This document shows, piece by piece, positions 1 through 10,000 of a stretch of DNA of 23,090 bases. The translations under genes were made by a program, and so were the position numbers. Source of the DNA: Pseudomonadota bacterium (GTDB lineage: Bacteria > Bdellovibrionota_B > Oligoflexia > Oligoflexales > CAIMVM01); assembly GCA_037142195.1 (NCBI GenBank), contig JBAXBA010000056.1, forward strand, positions 1 through 23,090, read 5' to 3'. The notes beneath the pieces are model-generated. The model saw nothing but the letters and a program-made list of their open reading frames with translations, had not been told where the DNA came from and made no database searches. Position 1 is the first letter of the stretch. Every line of letters begins with the position of its first letter.

Positions 1-374
1 TTATAAGACAAATGATCAAGTTTGAGTAAGTTTTCGGTTGACTGCTTCAGCCCCAGGCATTGACCTGTGTTTTATGCTTGCGATAGCTTGTTTGCATGTA
101 TGAGCAAAGAAAGAAGACAAAAGACGTTATCAGGTGCCCATTGTCGGGTCTTTTCTTAGCAGCACAAGCGTTCGTCAAATCATGGTAGCAAATGTAGGCA
201 CTGCCTGTTCAGAAAAAGAAGTTCCTGAGTTTAAAAGAATAGACGATTGCGAGATGGTAGAGATTAAAAATGCGGCTAGACGTTTTTAGAGCCGGCAACC
301 TTTGATTTCGGACCGAGCACAATGATATAAAGAATAGAACCGACGACTTACCTACATCATGTAGACCGTTATAG

Positions 375-420
375 GAAACTTATGCAAGCTTGTGCATGTA
401 AACTGGCGGTTCATTTCCCA
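375..420 (+). repeat. Imperfect direct repeat, copy 1 (partner at 23045-23090)
   Basis: gaaacttatgcaagcttgtgcatgtaaactggcggttcatttccca aligns without gaps to 23045-23090 at 39/46 identity. Confidence 0.85.
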
Positions 421-672
421 CTTCATCGATGCTAGTGGATCCTTGGAAAAAATCCATAATTGTATTTTTCAGTTAAAATCCGCTTGCTATATCATCAGTT
501 CTATCTGACAATTTCATTCATCGGGACAGTTAGAATGCCAAAGGTGGGTCTTTCGTAAGCAACAGATGTTTGAGGCAATTTTTCCAGCTTCTAAATGGAA
601 TTTGCGGCTATCTTTCGGCTAAAATCCTAGAAAGATGATGGTTTTTGTTTGAGCTCGAAAGGAATCATTTAA

Positions 673-1053
673 ATGGTTGTTGAATTTGGAGTGCTTGAAC
701 GCGCTGTGGCTTCGTTAAGGGAAGCTCTCGCACGACCGCCAGCCAACGATTTGGAGCGCGACGGAGTGATTCAACGGTTTGAATACACCTTCGAGCTTAT
801 GTGGAAAACATCCAAAAGAGTTCTAGATACCATGGGGATCAAATCCAACTCTCCTCGGTCAGTTATTCGGGACTTGGCGCAGCAAGGATTCATTTCCGAC
901 GCTAGCGCATGGATGGTCATGTTGAATGCTCGGAATTATACAAGCCATATCTACGATGAATCTGTCGCCAAATGGGTGTTTTCCGTTTGTGCACCATTTC
1001 TTCACGCCGCAGAGACACTTATTCTGAAATTGAAGGCGGAAGTTAAAAAATGA
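673..1053 (+). CDS. HEPN-domain toxin, HI0074-family nucleotidyltransferase substrate-binding protein (HepT-like)
   Basis: Family signature 'RDGVIQRFEYTFELMWK' and HEPN R-x4-H-x-Y motif (RNYTSHIY). AAGGAA RBS at about 659-664. Stop overlaps the next start (ATGA). Confidence 0.92.
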   Translation: MVVEFGVLERAVASLREALARPPANDLERDGVIQRFEYTFELMWKTSKRVLDTMGIKSNSPRSVIRDLAQQGFISDASAWMVMLNARNYTSHIYDESVAKWVFSVCAPFLHAAETLILKLKAEVKK

Positions 1054-1358
1054 AATTCGGCCTCTCGCCCCAAGATAGGGAACTTATCGAAAGCATTTTT
1101 CGCAAAGAGATCCCTAATCCGGTCGGGATTCGTGTTTATATCTTTGGATCGCGAGTCGGAGCTAGATATCAGAAGTATAGCGATGTAGATCTTCTCTTAG
1201 AGGGCGGCCCACTGCCAGCCGAGACTTTGTCGACAATTGCCGAAAGACTTGAAGAGAGCGTCCTCCCCTATAAGGTTGATCTCGTAGATGCTAGAAAACT
1301 GGCGCCAGAATACGCCGAGTCCGTAAATAGAACAAAACAACTGTTTTTCAGCATTTGA
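1050..1358 (+). CDS. Minimal nucleotidyltransferase (MNT) antitoxin (MntA/HI0073-like)
   Basis: GS-x10-DxD motif (FGSRVGARYQKYSDVDL) and downstream 'LPYKVDLVD'. 102 aa, translationally coupled to the HEPN gene. Confidence 0.92.
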   Translation: MKFGLSPQDRELIESIFRKEIPNPVGIRVYIFGSRVGARYQKYSDVDLLLEGGPLPAETLSTIAERLEESVLPYKVDLVDARKLAPEYAESVNRTKQLFFSI

Positions 1359-1381
1359 GAGCTTCTGATGAGAGCTTCTGA
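1356..1381. repeat. Perfect 13-bp tandem duplication (tgagagcttctga x2) starting at the MNT stop codon
   Basis: 1356-1368 is identical to 1369-1381. Confidence 0.9.
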
Positions 1382-1906
1382 GTTAGTTAACTATTTCTTT
1401 TGCCGGAAATAGATAGTCCCGAAGAAGATTGCGCGAAAACTACGAAAAAAACTCCAAATAAACTAAAAGTAAAAAATGTTCAGTACCTTGACTTATAGAG
1501 GCTCAATCGTTTGTTTTCAGATGACAGTACAAGTAATTGATTTTGAAATGTTTCTCAAACACTCCCAACATCCAGGCGTCCAAAAATATTTATCATTAAA
1601 ATAGATATAATGGAATGTAAAACTGCGATTTGTTGTGCCTATATTTGAATTTGGAAAAATGACGTGTGATCCCCACCATCCTAGGGTTTCAGAGGAATTT
1701 AAATCAACTTTGTGGTCAAAATGGGCTTTAGAGCTGAACCGGCAAGCTGCATAAAGATGAGTGCTCCTGACTTTGGGCCCTTAGAGCCATCAGCAAGGGC
1801 TTTGGTTTTGTAGTAGCTGTGAATCTCTTTGATGAGGATTCAGTAGACGGCACAGACAAAAGTATTTATAGCCAAAAAGAAGAATGCGAAAATTTGCTAA
1901 AACAAC

Positions 1907-1935
1907 TTGTCAAAACACTGAAAATATTGTACTTT
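1907..1935 (+). promoter_or_regulatory. Putative sigma70 promoter for the DUF4258/HTH operon
   Basis: TTGTCA (1907-1912), 17-nt spacer, TACTTT (1930-1935), about 55 nt upstream of GTG 1991. Flanked by a short inverted pair tgctaaaa (1895-1902) / ttttagca (1962-1969). Confidence 0.5.
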
Positions 1936-1990
1936 ATTCTTGCTCAGTTTTATCTGTTCACTTTTAGCATTTGAAAGCCGAGGAGACTAC

Positions 1991-2360
1991 GTGGCTCGGA
2001 AAGAGATTAAAACATCAAATGAAACGGTAGTCCATCCCGCAAAGGTTAAAATTGAAGACCTCGTGAAAGCGGTTTACTCTCAGGCAGTGATGATCATTCC
2101 CACCCGGCATGCAAAAAAGCGGCTCGAAGATCGGGAGGTGACGATGCAAGAGGTCCGGCAGGTTCTAAGTAGAAGTGGAAGTCGCAAGGCATCAAAGGAC
2201 CAGTTTTGCCAATACGACTCAGCTGGAAACGAGATCAAATCGCTGGTCCTATGCTTTTGTAGGACGCACAACGGACAGACGAAAGCTACGCGTTTGTGTT
2301 TGAGTCGTGGAGAATCCCGATCGAAGAGTTTTGATTGTAACTGTGCTTGATGAAGAATGA
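1991..2360 (+). pseudogene. DUF4258-family (RelE/BrnT-like) toxin, disrupted by a +1 frameshift (about 2237-2239) and an in-frame TGA (2301-2303)
   Basis: GAGGAG RBS then GTG 1991. N-half 'PTRHAKKRLEDREVTMQEVRQVL' is typical of DUF4258. Removing one A from atcAAAt gives 'NRWSYAFVGRTTDRRKLRVCV*VVENPDRRVLIVTVLDEE*', the typical C-half, ending at TGA 2358-2360. Confidence 0.8.
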
Positions 2361-2380
2361 ACCTTTTAATTTGTGGTGTT

Positions 2381-2404
2381 GCCGATGAAAAAGCCGATGA
2401 AAAA
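2381..2404. repeat. Perfect 12-bp tandem duplication (gccgatgaaaaa x2) duplicating the antitoxin start ATG
   Basis: 2381-2392 is identical to 2393-2404 and gives P-M-K-K twice. Confidence 0.85.
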
Positions 2405-2936
2405 GACAATTAAAAAAACTCTGATTATCAATTACTTTGGTTTTCCTATTCTCATTTTAGATTGTCCGCACCTGGAAGTAGACGGCGATTGGGAGCCTTC
2501 TATCAATTATAGTAAGCTCGAGGTTATGTTGTTTGAGGCCATGCCCTTCAAACCTTCCAAGCTTAACGGTGCGGAAATTAAGTTCATCAGAAATCATTTA
2601 GATCTGACTCAAAAGGAATTTGCTGCATGGCTGAATGACAAAAAAGTTGCGTCTGCAATTTCCAAATGGGAAGCAAGCGACCTTGAAGCAACAGGCATGG
2701 AGGACGCTGATGAGCGGTCGCTACGTTTGCAATTGATTGACTATATCAATACGATGAAGCGACGTAAGAGTATCAATTTGCATGAAACACTTAAGTGCCT
2801 GACGCTTTCGATCAGGCAAAGCAAACAGGAAAAAGACATAGCTGTGGATGCTGTCGATTATGCACCTGTCCCGGGATATGGCCTCTATCCAAAGCGGCTA
2901 GAAAATCATGGCCTGCGTGGCTTCAAGACATCGTAA
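2385..2936 (+). CDS. XRE-type HTH antitoxin/transcriptional regulator (MqsA/HigA-like), cognate to the DUF4258 toxin
   Basis: HTH segment 'LNGAEIKFIRNHLDLTQKEFAAWL...AISKWE'; lies directly downstream of the toxin. Start is uncertain (GTG 2373, ATG 2385 or ATG 2397). Confidence 0.8.
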   Translation: MKKPMKKTIKKTLIINYFGFPILILDCPHLEVDGDWEPSINYSKLEVMLFEAMPFKPSKLNGAEIKFIRNHLDLTQKEFAAWLNDKKVASAISKWEASDLEATGMEDADERSLRLQLIDYINTMKRRKSINLHETLKCLTLSIRQSKQEKDIAVDAVDYAPVPGYGLYPKRLENHGLRGFKTS

Positions 2937-2939
2937 AGT

Positions 2940-3730
2940 ACAAAGATTTGATTTTCGAAATGGAGATTGCAAAATCTCCTAACAGGAAATGGTAAACTTG
3001 TATCATGGACAGAAAACACACGCACTCGGGCGCCGAAGCAAAACTGATAACTCCCTCAGAGAGGGATGTTCGCCGAGCCGAAAAAAACCAACTTCCAAGA
3101 TCGTTGATAGGAAAATCAAACATCTATTCCCAGTGTTTCCTTTTCTTCTATCGTGCATAGATATTCTAAGCGTTGTTTAATGCGATCATTACGCAGCAAT
3201 TTGATGCCAAAGAAACCTCGCGCTATTAGTGTTGCGAGCCTCAAAGGGGCGATTCTTAAGTCTGGCCCATCTCAACTAGAATTTTTAAAGAGCTCCGCAG
3301 GCACCGCCAGCCGGTATCCAATTCTAATGGTTGTGCTTCCCTCGAGATCATCTAGGGAACCCATTTCAAAGGGATACTCTTGAAACTGCGGAATAGCGGT
3401 AGCAGGAGGTTCGTGCTCCATGTACTGATGCTTGAGGCAATGGGGGGCTGCTCTTTGGTTGGTGATAGCGACTATAATAGCTATCTCTCCCTTACAAAGC
3501 TCACGTTTGGTCCTATCAAGTCAAGGTTGACCGCGAGTAAATCATACGGCTTTAAAAAGCAGGAAATAGCGAAAACGGTCTACTATCATGAACTCGCAAG
3601 AGGACACACTCCTTAAAGGACAAATACAATCCGCTGATGAGGATCTTTGAAGTGTCCTACTAAGGAGATCTATTTTTCAACATAGATAGCAAAATACAGA
3701 GCAGGAACCACTGCTTTCGGAGCCATAGTT
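2940..3730. pseudogene. Eroded coding remnant of uncertain strand and identity (possibly PilZ/YcgR-like on +)
   Basis: One + frame has scattered stops and includes 'RIFKELRRHRQPV...ASLEII*GTHFKGILLKLRNSGS', which resembles the PilZ RxxxR...DxSxxG pattern. The in-register minus frame has one stop in 134 codons (3520-3119). Confidence 0.3.
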
Positions 3731-4099
3731 CTATCTCTTTTAATTTTGGCTGATGTAGAAATTTTTTTGAGAGACATGCGGAGCCCCTAAGTAGCTTAAT
3801 GACCTGGGATGTCATTTTCAAAGAATCTTAGTGGGTGTCCTCAATGCTTAGACAAATCGATAGGGAAGCCCCAAATAAAAAATCGTGCCAACGGTATTAG
3901 CTCTTCTACAGGTGCAATTATGCCTTTAGGTAAGAATTAACAGCGTCTGAAAAATCAATTTATTCGAGTGGTTAAGGATTTTTTTCTTTTGCAAAATGTC
4001 GCTAAGCCCATTGTTTTAAATAAATTCTTTATTTTTTTAGGGGGAATTCCGAATGACTTTCTTAGTAGGCAAAAGGTATCGCCATTTGAAGGAGTAAGT

Positions 4100-7000
4100 A
4101 TGCGCGTCAGATTGGCAAATCTTAATATTTGGATGGTCGTTTGTGCAATGATAGTGATGTCATGCTCAAAAGGTTCGTCTACCGTCGCTAAGTCGCGAGA
4201 AAATTCTTACTATACAGCAAAGACTGCTAAGAACTATCTTAACATTCCAGCTCGATATACATTTAGCGATAACATCGAGTTTTTCGTAGCCACGCAAAAC
4301 GGTACGCCTCTGCCTGCAATTGGATCAGAGTTTAAGGCGTTCGATATTACCGCTATGTATGAAGGTGGTACCGAACTTAAACCCGAAAAAGTTCCCGTGA
4401 TGTTGAAGACGTTTCAGGACAATTGGAATACTAATTTTTTCAATTTACAAGCCAACGGGGAAATTTCTACGGTTGTGACTTGTGAAAATGCCACCACTCG
4501 TGAAGGGTGTGTGGGTGACTTAACGGGTTCCTCTTCGAAGACAGATCGTGACGGTAGAGCTTTTACCGGGTATAAGACTCCTGATGGTCTTGGATCCGTC
4601 GTTGCTATCGTTCTTAAAGTACCAGAAGGATCTTCTGCTTCCAATTTGATGCAATATGCAACCGTTCAAATTCAAGCGTGGCGTGATTGGGGGAAAAATG
4701 GCGAATCACCTTTGGAAGCCACGTTATTGCTTGTTCCCCAACTTGAAGATGATAATGGAAATCCCGTCGTTAAAGCTGGGGTTGGATTTTCAGTTAACTT
4801 GATAGTTCCAGGACTTCCCACTACCCCCAAAGGTAGCGGATTTGCATTTGATATTGAGACCACTGGAGTGGCAGGGGTTGACAATGACCGCATTGTTGTC
4901 CCAAACGGAAAGAAAGTAAACTGCAATTTTAGGGGAGGGCTTTGTTCTCTTCCTGGTGGTCCCTTTAAGGTTCTTTCTCCTACCACCATGACCATTTCGG
5001 TCAAGCCATCGGATCCTAACTTTCCGGTCAAACCGGCAACCATAACGATTCCTGTGATCTCGGGACGTGCAAGAACGATTATGCTTAGTACGACGTATCC
5101 TGCAACAAAGGTGACGAATCTTTGTTTGTCCGATACGGATTTTTCAAGACCTTGTATTGATATTTCTGCCGATATCGACGAACTTCAAATTTATCCTTTC
5201 TTAGCAGATGAAGGTGGGAACTTCGTAGGATTTGTCCCCACGCAATGGTCGGCCACCGGACCTTTAGCGACTCGTCTTATGACAGATAAAGTAGATTCCT
5301 TTCAAAAGATCCTGCCTATCACCACAGGTTCGGGGATTATTAGCGTGTCGACGGAAAAAGGCATATCTGCCCAGTTTACTTACATGATCAGGTCCGGGGC
5401 TCCCGCTAAAGTGCAGTTTAAAACGGAACACTCCATTGGAAGCAATTCCACGGAGAGAGTGGGGGTGCCATTTAAAGTTATTTCCACTCTCTATGATAAA
5501 AAAGACAATCTTTGCGTCGACTACAATACGACATTTGGCGTTAAGTTGAAGTTGAATAATGCTTACCCATCAACGCCACCCCCGGGAATTGTCGCTACTG
5601 CGACCCTGGCCGATGAAATTGATCAGACGGTAAATAAAATTTTGGTGACTCGCGGAATTGGAACCACCACGGGCTCCTTTACAGTGGTAAAAGTTCCAGA
5701 CATTGCTGGAGGCCAACTTTATCCAACTATTTCCATTTTGGATAGTACCCTTCTTGTGTCCATTATCAATGCGACACCGATTACCATTCTACCCGGTAAT
5801 GTCACACAGTCCCAGTTAAGAAACCTTGCCGGTGGACTTGGAACGCCGTGGGATTTAGTAGCCTCAGGCGCTACGGGAACCTCTTTTGAGGCTGATCGGA
5901 CTATTATTGTTCGAGCAGATCAGCAGTATTTCTTTAACAATGCTGGCTATGACGCAGGCGGAAACTATGTAATTGACGTTCCGTCTAAATTCTGGGGTGT
6001 CTCTTATATTTATCACTCGGGCACTCAGCCGGCGTTTGATGGTTTAGTGGCGAGTTTAAAGGATAAAGATCCCTCCCTTTACAGTGATGCCATTGGTTGT
6101 ATCAATCCGATTCCTAATTCCACGCCATCCACAAACCAACTTCCCACCAATCAACCAGAAGGGAATATGGTTTATTGCGGAGTACACCGCGCTCTTGCTT
6201 CCAAGCAAGGTGTAAGCAGTCCGTTGGCTTCGGTAGGTATCCCAGGTGCCGGTCGTGTTTTAGCGATTCCGCTCGACATCACCGTTAAAGCGGCGATCTC
6301 ACCTATACTTAATATTACTTCCGGTTTAGCATCCAAAATCAAGATTGATCTGGTTGATACCAATCCCGCAGCGGTGCCTTTTGTTCTGGGGAACCCCATT
6401 ACCGCTGGAAAACCGTTTAAGATTAGACTGACAGCTACGGATAATGATGATGTGTTAGCTTCCGATTTCGCCGGGGTTAAAACCTTTGACTTTTCCAGTT
6501 CAGCCTCTCCAAGCTGGGGTGGTATCCCTCCCGTATTACCAGATGGCTCGAAGACTTGTACCTTTATAGCGGGTGTTTGTACGCTGAGTGATACTTACCT
6601 CATCTCTCGGGGGACAGGTACAGCGGGAGTTATAAGCTCGCAAACCATCACTTCGATTGCGATGGAACAGCTCATTCCCAATGGTGAGGTTGGGGTGGTT
6701 GGGATTAACACCCAGTTTATTCGCTCCATACCGGGAGCAGAAAAATACATATTCTTTACCGATAAAAAAGGTGGTACGACAACAGGCAGTATCGCTCTCC
6801 AACCTTCTTCTTTGCCAGGCGGTATTTCGATAAAGGCCTCTCAGGAATTTGGTTTTGGTGTCGCGATCGCGGACAGTTCAGGAAATTATATTCGCGACAT
6901 GGCCCTATCTGATAATATTTCTGTGAAAGGCTTTGAAGGTACCTATACGGATTTGACCAATGGGCCTGATTATTTCTTTAATTTTACAACGGGTACCGCC

Positions 7001-10000
7001 AGTTCTACGCCCTGGCCAGCTGATTTTACAAAAAATGACATTTTGACTCCGAATGCAACCCCTCCTGCAGGAGTGGACCCCACTCCTAAGAAGTTTTATG
7101 ATCCAAGCATTGCTGCGGATGTGGCAAAAATTTCAACGACTACGTTGAAGGATGCATCCAAGTATTCCCTTGTGTTGTCACCCCAAAACAGACTAGGAAA
7201 GGCTTTTGCGGTCCCTTATTCCGCGACCAATCCAAGCTTAGTAGGATGGCCCTCACCTAATATTGAAATCACACCGGGAGTGATCGATCACGTAGCCTCT
7301 GATCTTTATGATCCCAATGATGCGACTGTAAACAACACGAATGCCATGCCGGGTATCTGCAAAAACCTAAAATTTAAGTTGTCGGATGCTAAGGGCAATC
7401 AATTGTTGGACTATACCACGGTTACCAATGTTCGCCTGAAAATATTTAAAGTGGATCCAACCCATCCCAACGGTATAGACGACCCCAAAGTTAATGCTAG
7501 TAGCCTTGCACCAGATCAATATGCGCTTTTAAATGCTGCCGAAATTCCAGGCCCCATTCACGCGGGATTTGACGCCTTATCTGGAACAGGTGGCGCGGAT
7601 TATAGCCTTGAAGCTCAAGCAAGGAGATTTACAGGTCCCTCTGCCAGCGTCATTAATAATTCAAACGCAAACACCGATCCCAATGCGCCCACATTGGTAA
7701 GTAATTACTTTTCTGACTGGTGGTATGGCTCGGTTCCCGTGAATAGTGGGCTCATTACGTTCCCAGGAACTGTTTGTTTTCATGCAGCTGAGACCCTGGC
7801 AAATAGGCTGTCTGCACCGCAAAGTCAGTATATTTTTCAAGTCGAGATTGAGCCAAGTACTTATGCGAATACTCCGTTACTTGGCATTGCTTCACGGGGC
7901 GCAAATCGCATCTTCTATGATCCTTCTACCACTCCCCCTACTGCCTACGGTTCGACCGCATTAGGGGCTGGGCATGAAGATATTATTACAGTCACTCGCG
8001 GCGGTGCTCATCACCTCCATCCGGCCTTTGTTGACGACTTTGCAGACCCGAAATTAGGTTGGATTGCGGGACCCCAAGGTTCCGGGCTTAGCGGAGGCGT
8101 CGATTCTCGTGACCAGCTTGGGGTAGAGTCTCCCTGTCCATACCCTACAGTGGGGTTTTTTAACGTGCAAAACAGGGGTGGCTGCGGTAGTAAGACGGTC
8201 TATTGGCATATACATGATAAAGCTTGTAATTATATTGGTCCTGCGACGGGCGTCTCAGTTACAGACCCTACTGCACAGGTCGGCCAGAGCTATTTGGCGG
8301 CAACTCCTACCGCCTCTGGCGCACAAGGTTCTTCTGCTCATTCCGTAAAGTCTAATAATAATTTGGCGGGAAGCGCAAGTCAATGGGCAACACGTTTATA
8401 TGTATCTAAAGGCACCTTATTGGGCGGTTGGGCAACACAAACCCTTGCGGGAAAGCCCAGTTCTCTTGGGTCGAAAGTGACAGTTACCAATGGCTCTTTA
8501 AATGTTGATGAGGGATTCAGCATAGACTTTGGTCTTAAAGATCAATTTGGTAATGACGTTAGCGCATCAACTAAAGGCCCTGGTTCGCCTGAAACAAATC
8601 TCTATATTACCGATAGAATGCGTAAAGTTTGGACCAATGGTCTTCCTTCTAATGCGCCCACCGGTCAAGGCCCTAGCTACGCCGTTAATAACTCTCCTAC
8701 GCGAGCATCTTGGACCTTCGATTCCTATGCAACAGCACTTGCAGCCTCCTCAAGTGCCCCGGGTCAGCCGGCGAACGCGGAGAATTTTCTTTCTTTTGTA
8801 GGCCTTCAATTCAGGAAAGCAAATGAGATAATTGCATTCTCAGCAGAATTTAAGGATGAGGTTGTCTCTCCTTGGTGCGCGATTCCGGGGAATTGCCCCA
8901 CTACAGGACTCCAAACCTATACGATGAGCAGCAACCTCAATCTCTTACCAGGTGCTACCGTAGCTGCTGACATTCTGAGTCAGCCGAGTCAAGCAGGATT
9001 GTCGTTCACCACTGCCAATTTCCCAAGTATTTTTGGTGCCGTCGAATATCCTTTCACTCCTCGTCGTACGAATACGAGAGGCAATTATGCGCCCAAGGAT
9101 GCTTATGGGTGCTTGAAAGACCAATGGGGAAATCTTTTTAATTGTTATACGGATTCTAGTTGGTCCATTGTGGACAAGCGGGACAAATCGAATGCCCTCA
9201 CCAGTGATCCCATCTTGTCTTCTGACAATATATTAGGCTTAAATTTAGCGGCTACAAATAAAATGCAATTTGAAGCACTTAAGGAAGGGTCAGCGCGGCT
9301 TCACGTGGAGCAAGGGGGATTTATTGCAGAATCCGATCCTCTCGTAGTTTGGGCTGGACCTTTAGCCTGGCTGAGTTTAGATGCGGGCGCTAGTTTCAAT
9401 AATGATCAGGCACCTTCCCCTATTGCAGCCGGTCAAGAAATTCCTGTAAATATGTGTCTGGTTGATGCTGCGAACAATGTGATCACGACTCCCGTCATTC
9501 ACTCTGGTGTTACAAAAACAAACCCCAATATCCCTTACAATGTCACATTTACGTCCAATGTGCGGCAGAACGCTGAGGGCAATGGTCTTGTGATGTCGAC
9601 GGGAAGTGGCGCCAATTTTGATAGTCAAATAATTCCTAATGGGACGAATACCATTTCATTCACCAATGGATGTAAAAGCATTTACTTGAAAAATTATTCT
9701 TCAGCTAATCAAAATCCAGGCGCATTGCTGTCGGTGTCCACTTCAGACCCACTTCGCCCCACTACTTCGATACCTAAGACGGATGGGCTATTCGTTTCGA
9801 CGACAACGCCTGGTGCTCTTGATCACTTCGCGACAGAGTATGATAAGGCAGCCAGTGTTCCTGTGGGAGGTACTGTTCCTGCTTGGTCTAATGTCCAAGC
9901 TAATGCAGGATATGCAAATGCGGGTGGAAATAGATTTGACCTTTTAGTCTACGCACGTGACTTTTACGGCAATAGTGTGAATGTCACTACTCCCATTACC

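Noticed and set aside
380..460. Minus-strand peptide MDFFQGSTSIDEVGNEPPVYMHKLA, reminiscent of DUF4160 or a Walker B motif
   Set aside because: Only 25 codons, compatible with several unrelated motifs, and not conserved codon-wise in the second repeat copy.
1735..1754. Partial inverted echo of the 46-bp repeat (reverse complement ttatgcagcttgccggttca), plus a weak echo near 72-100
   Set aside because: Needs large gaps to align and is too short to distinguish from chance.
1940..2350. 136-aa ORF as an intact gene
   Set aside because: The start lies in the promoter region, and the tail after 2239 is out of frame relative to the DUF4258 pattern.
3875..3891. Minus-strand TTGGCACG, a sigma54 -24-like element
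   Set aside because: The -12 position reads TTTA instead of TTGC, and no intact gene lies downstream on that strand.
3968..4099. ORF-track start of the giant gene at GTG 3968
   Set aside because: No clear RBS, and the extension is AT-rich, promoter-like sequence. ATG 4100 has GAAGGAG and places the signal peptide at the N-terminus.
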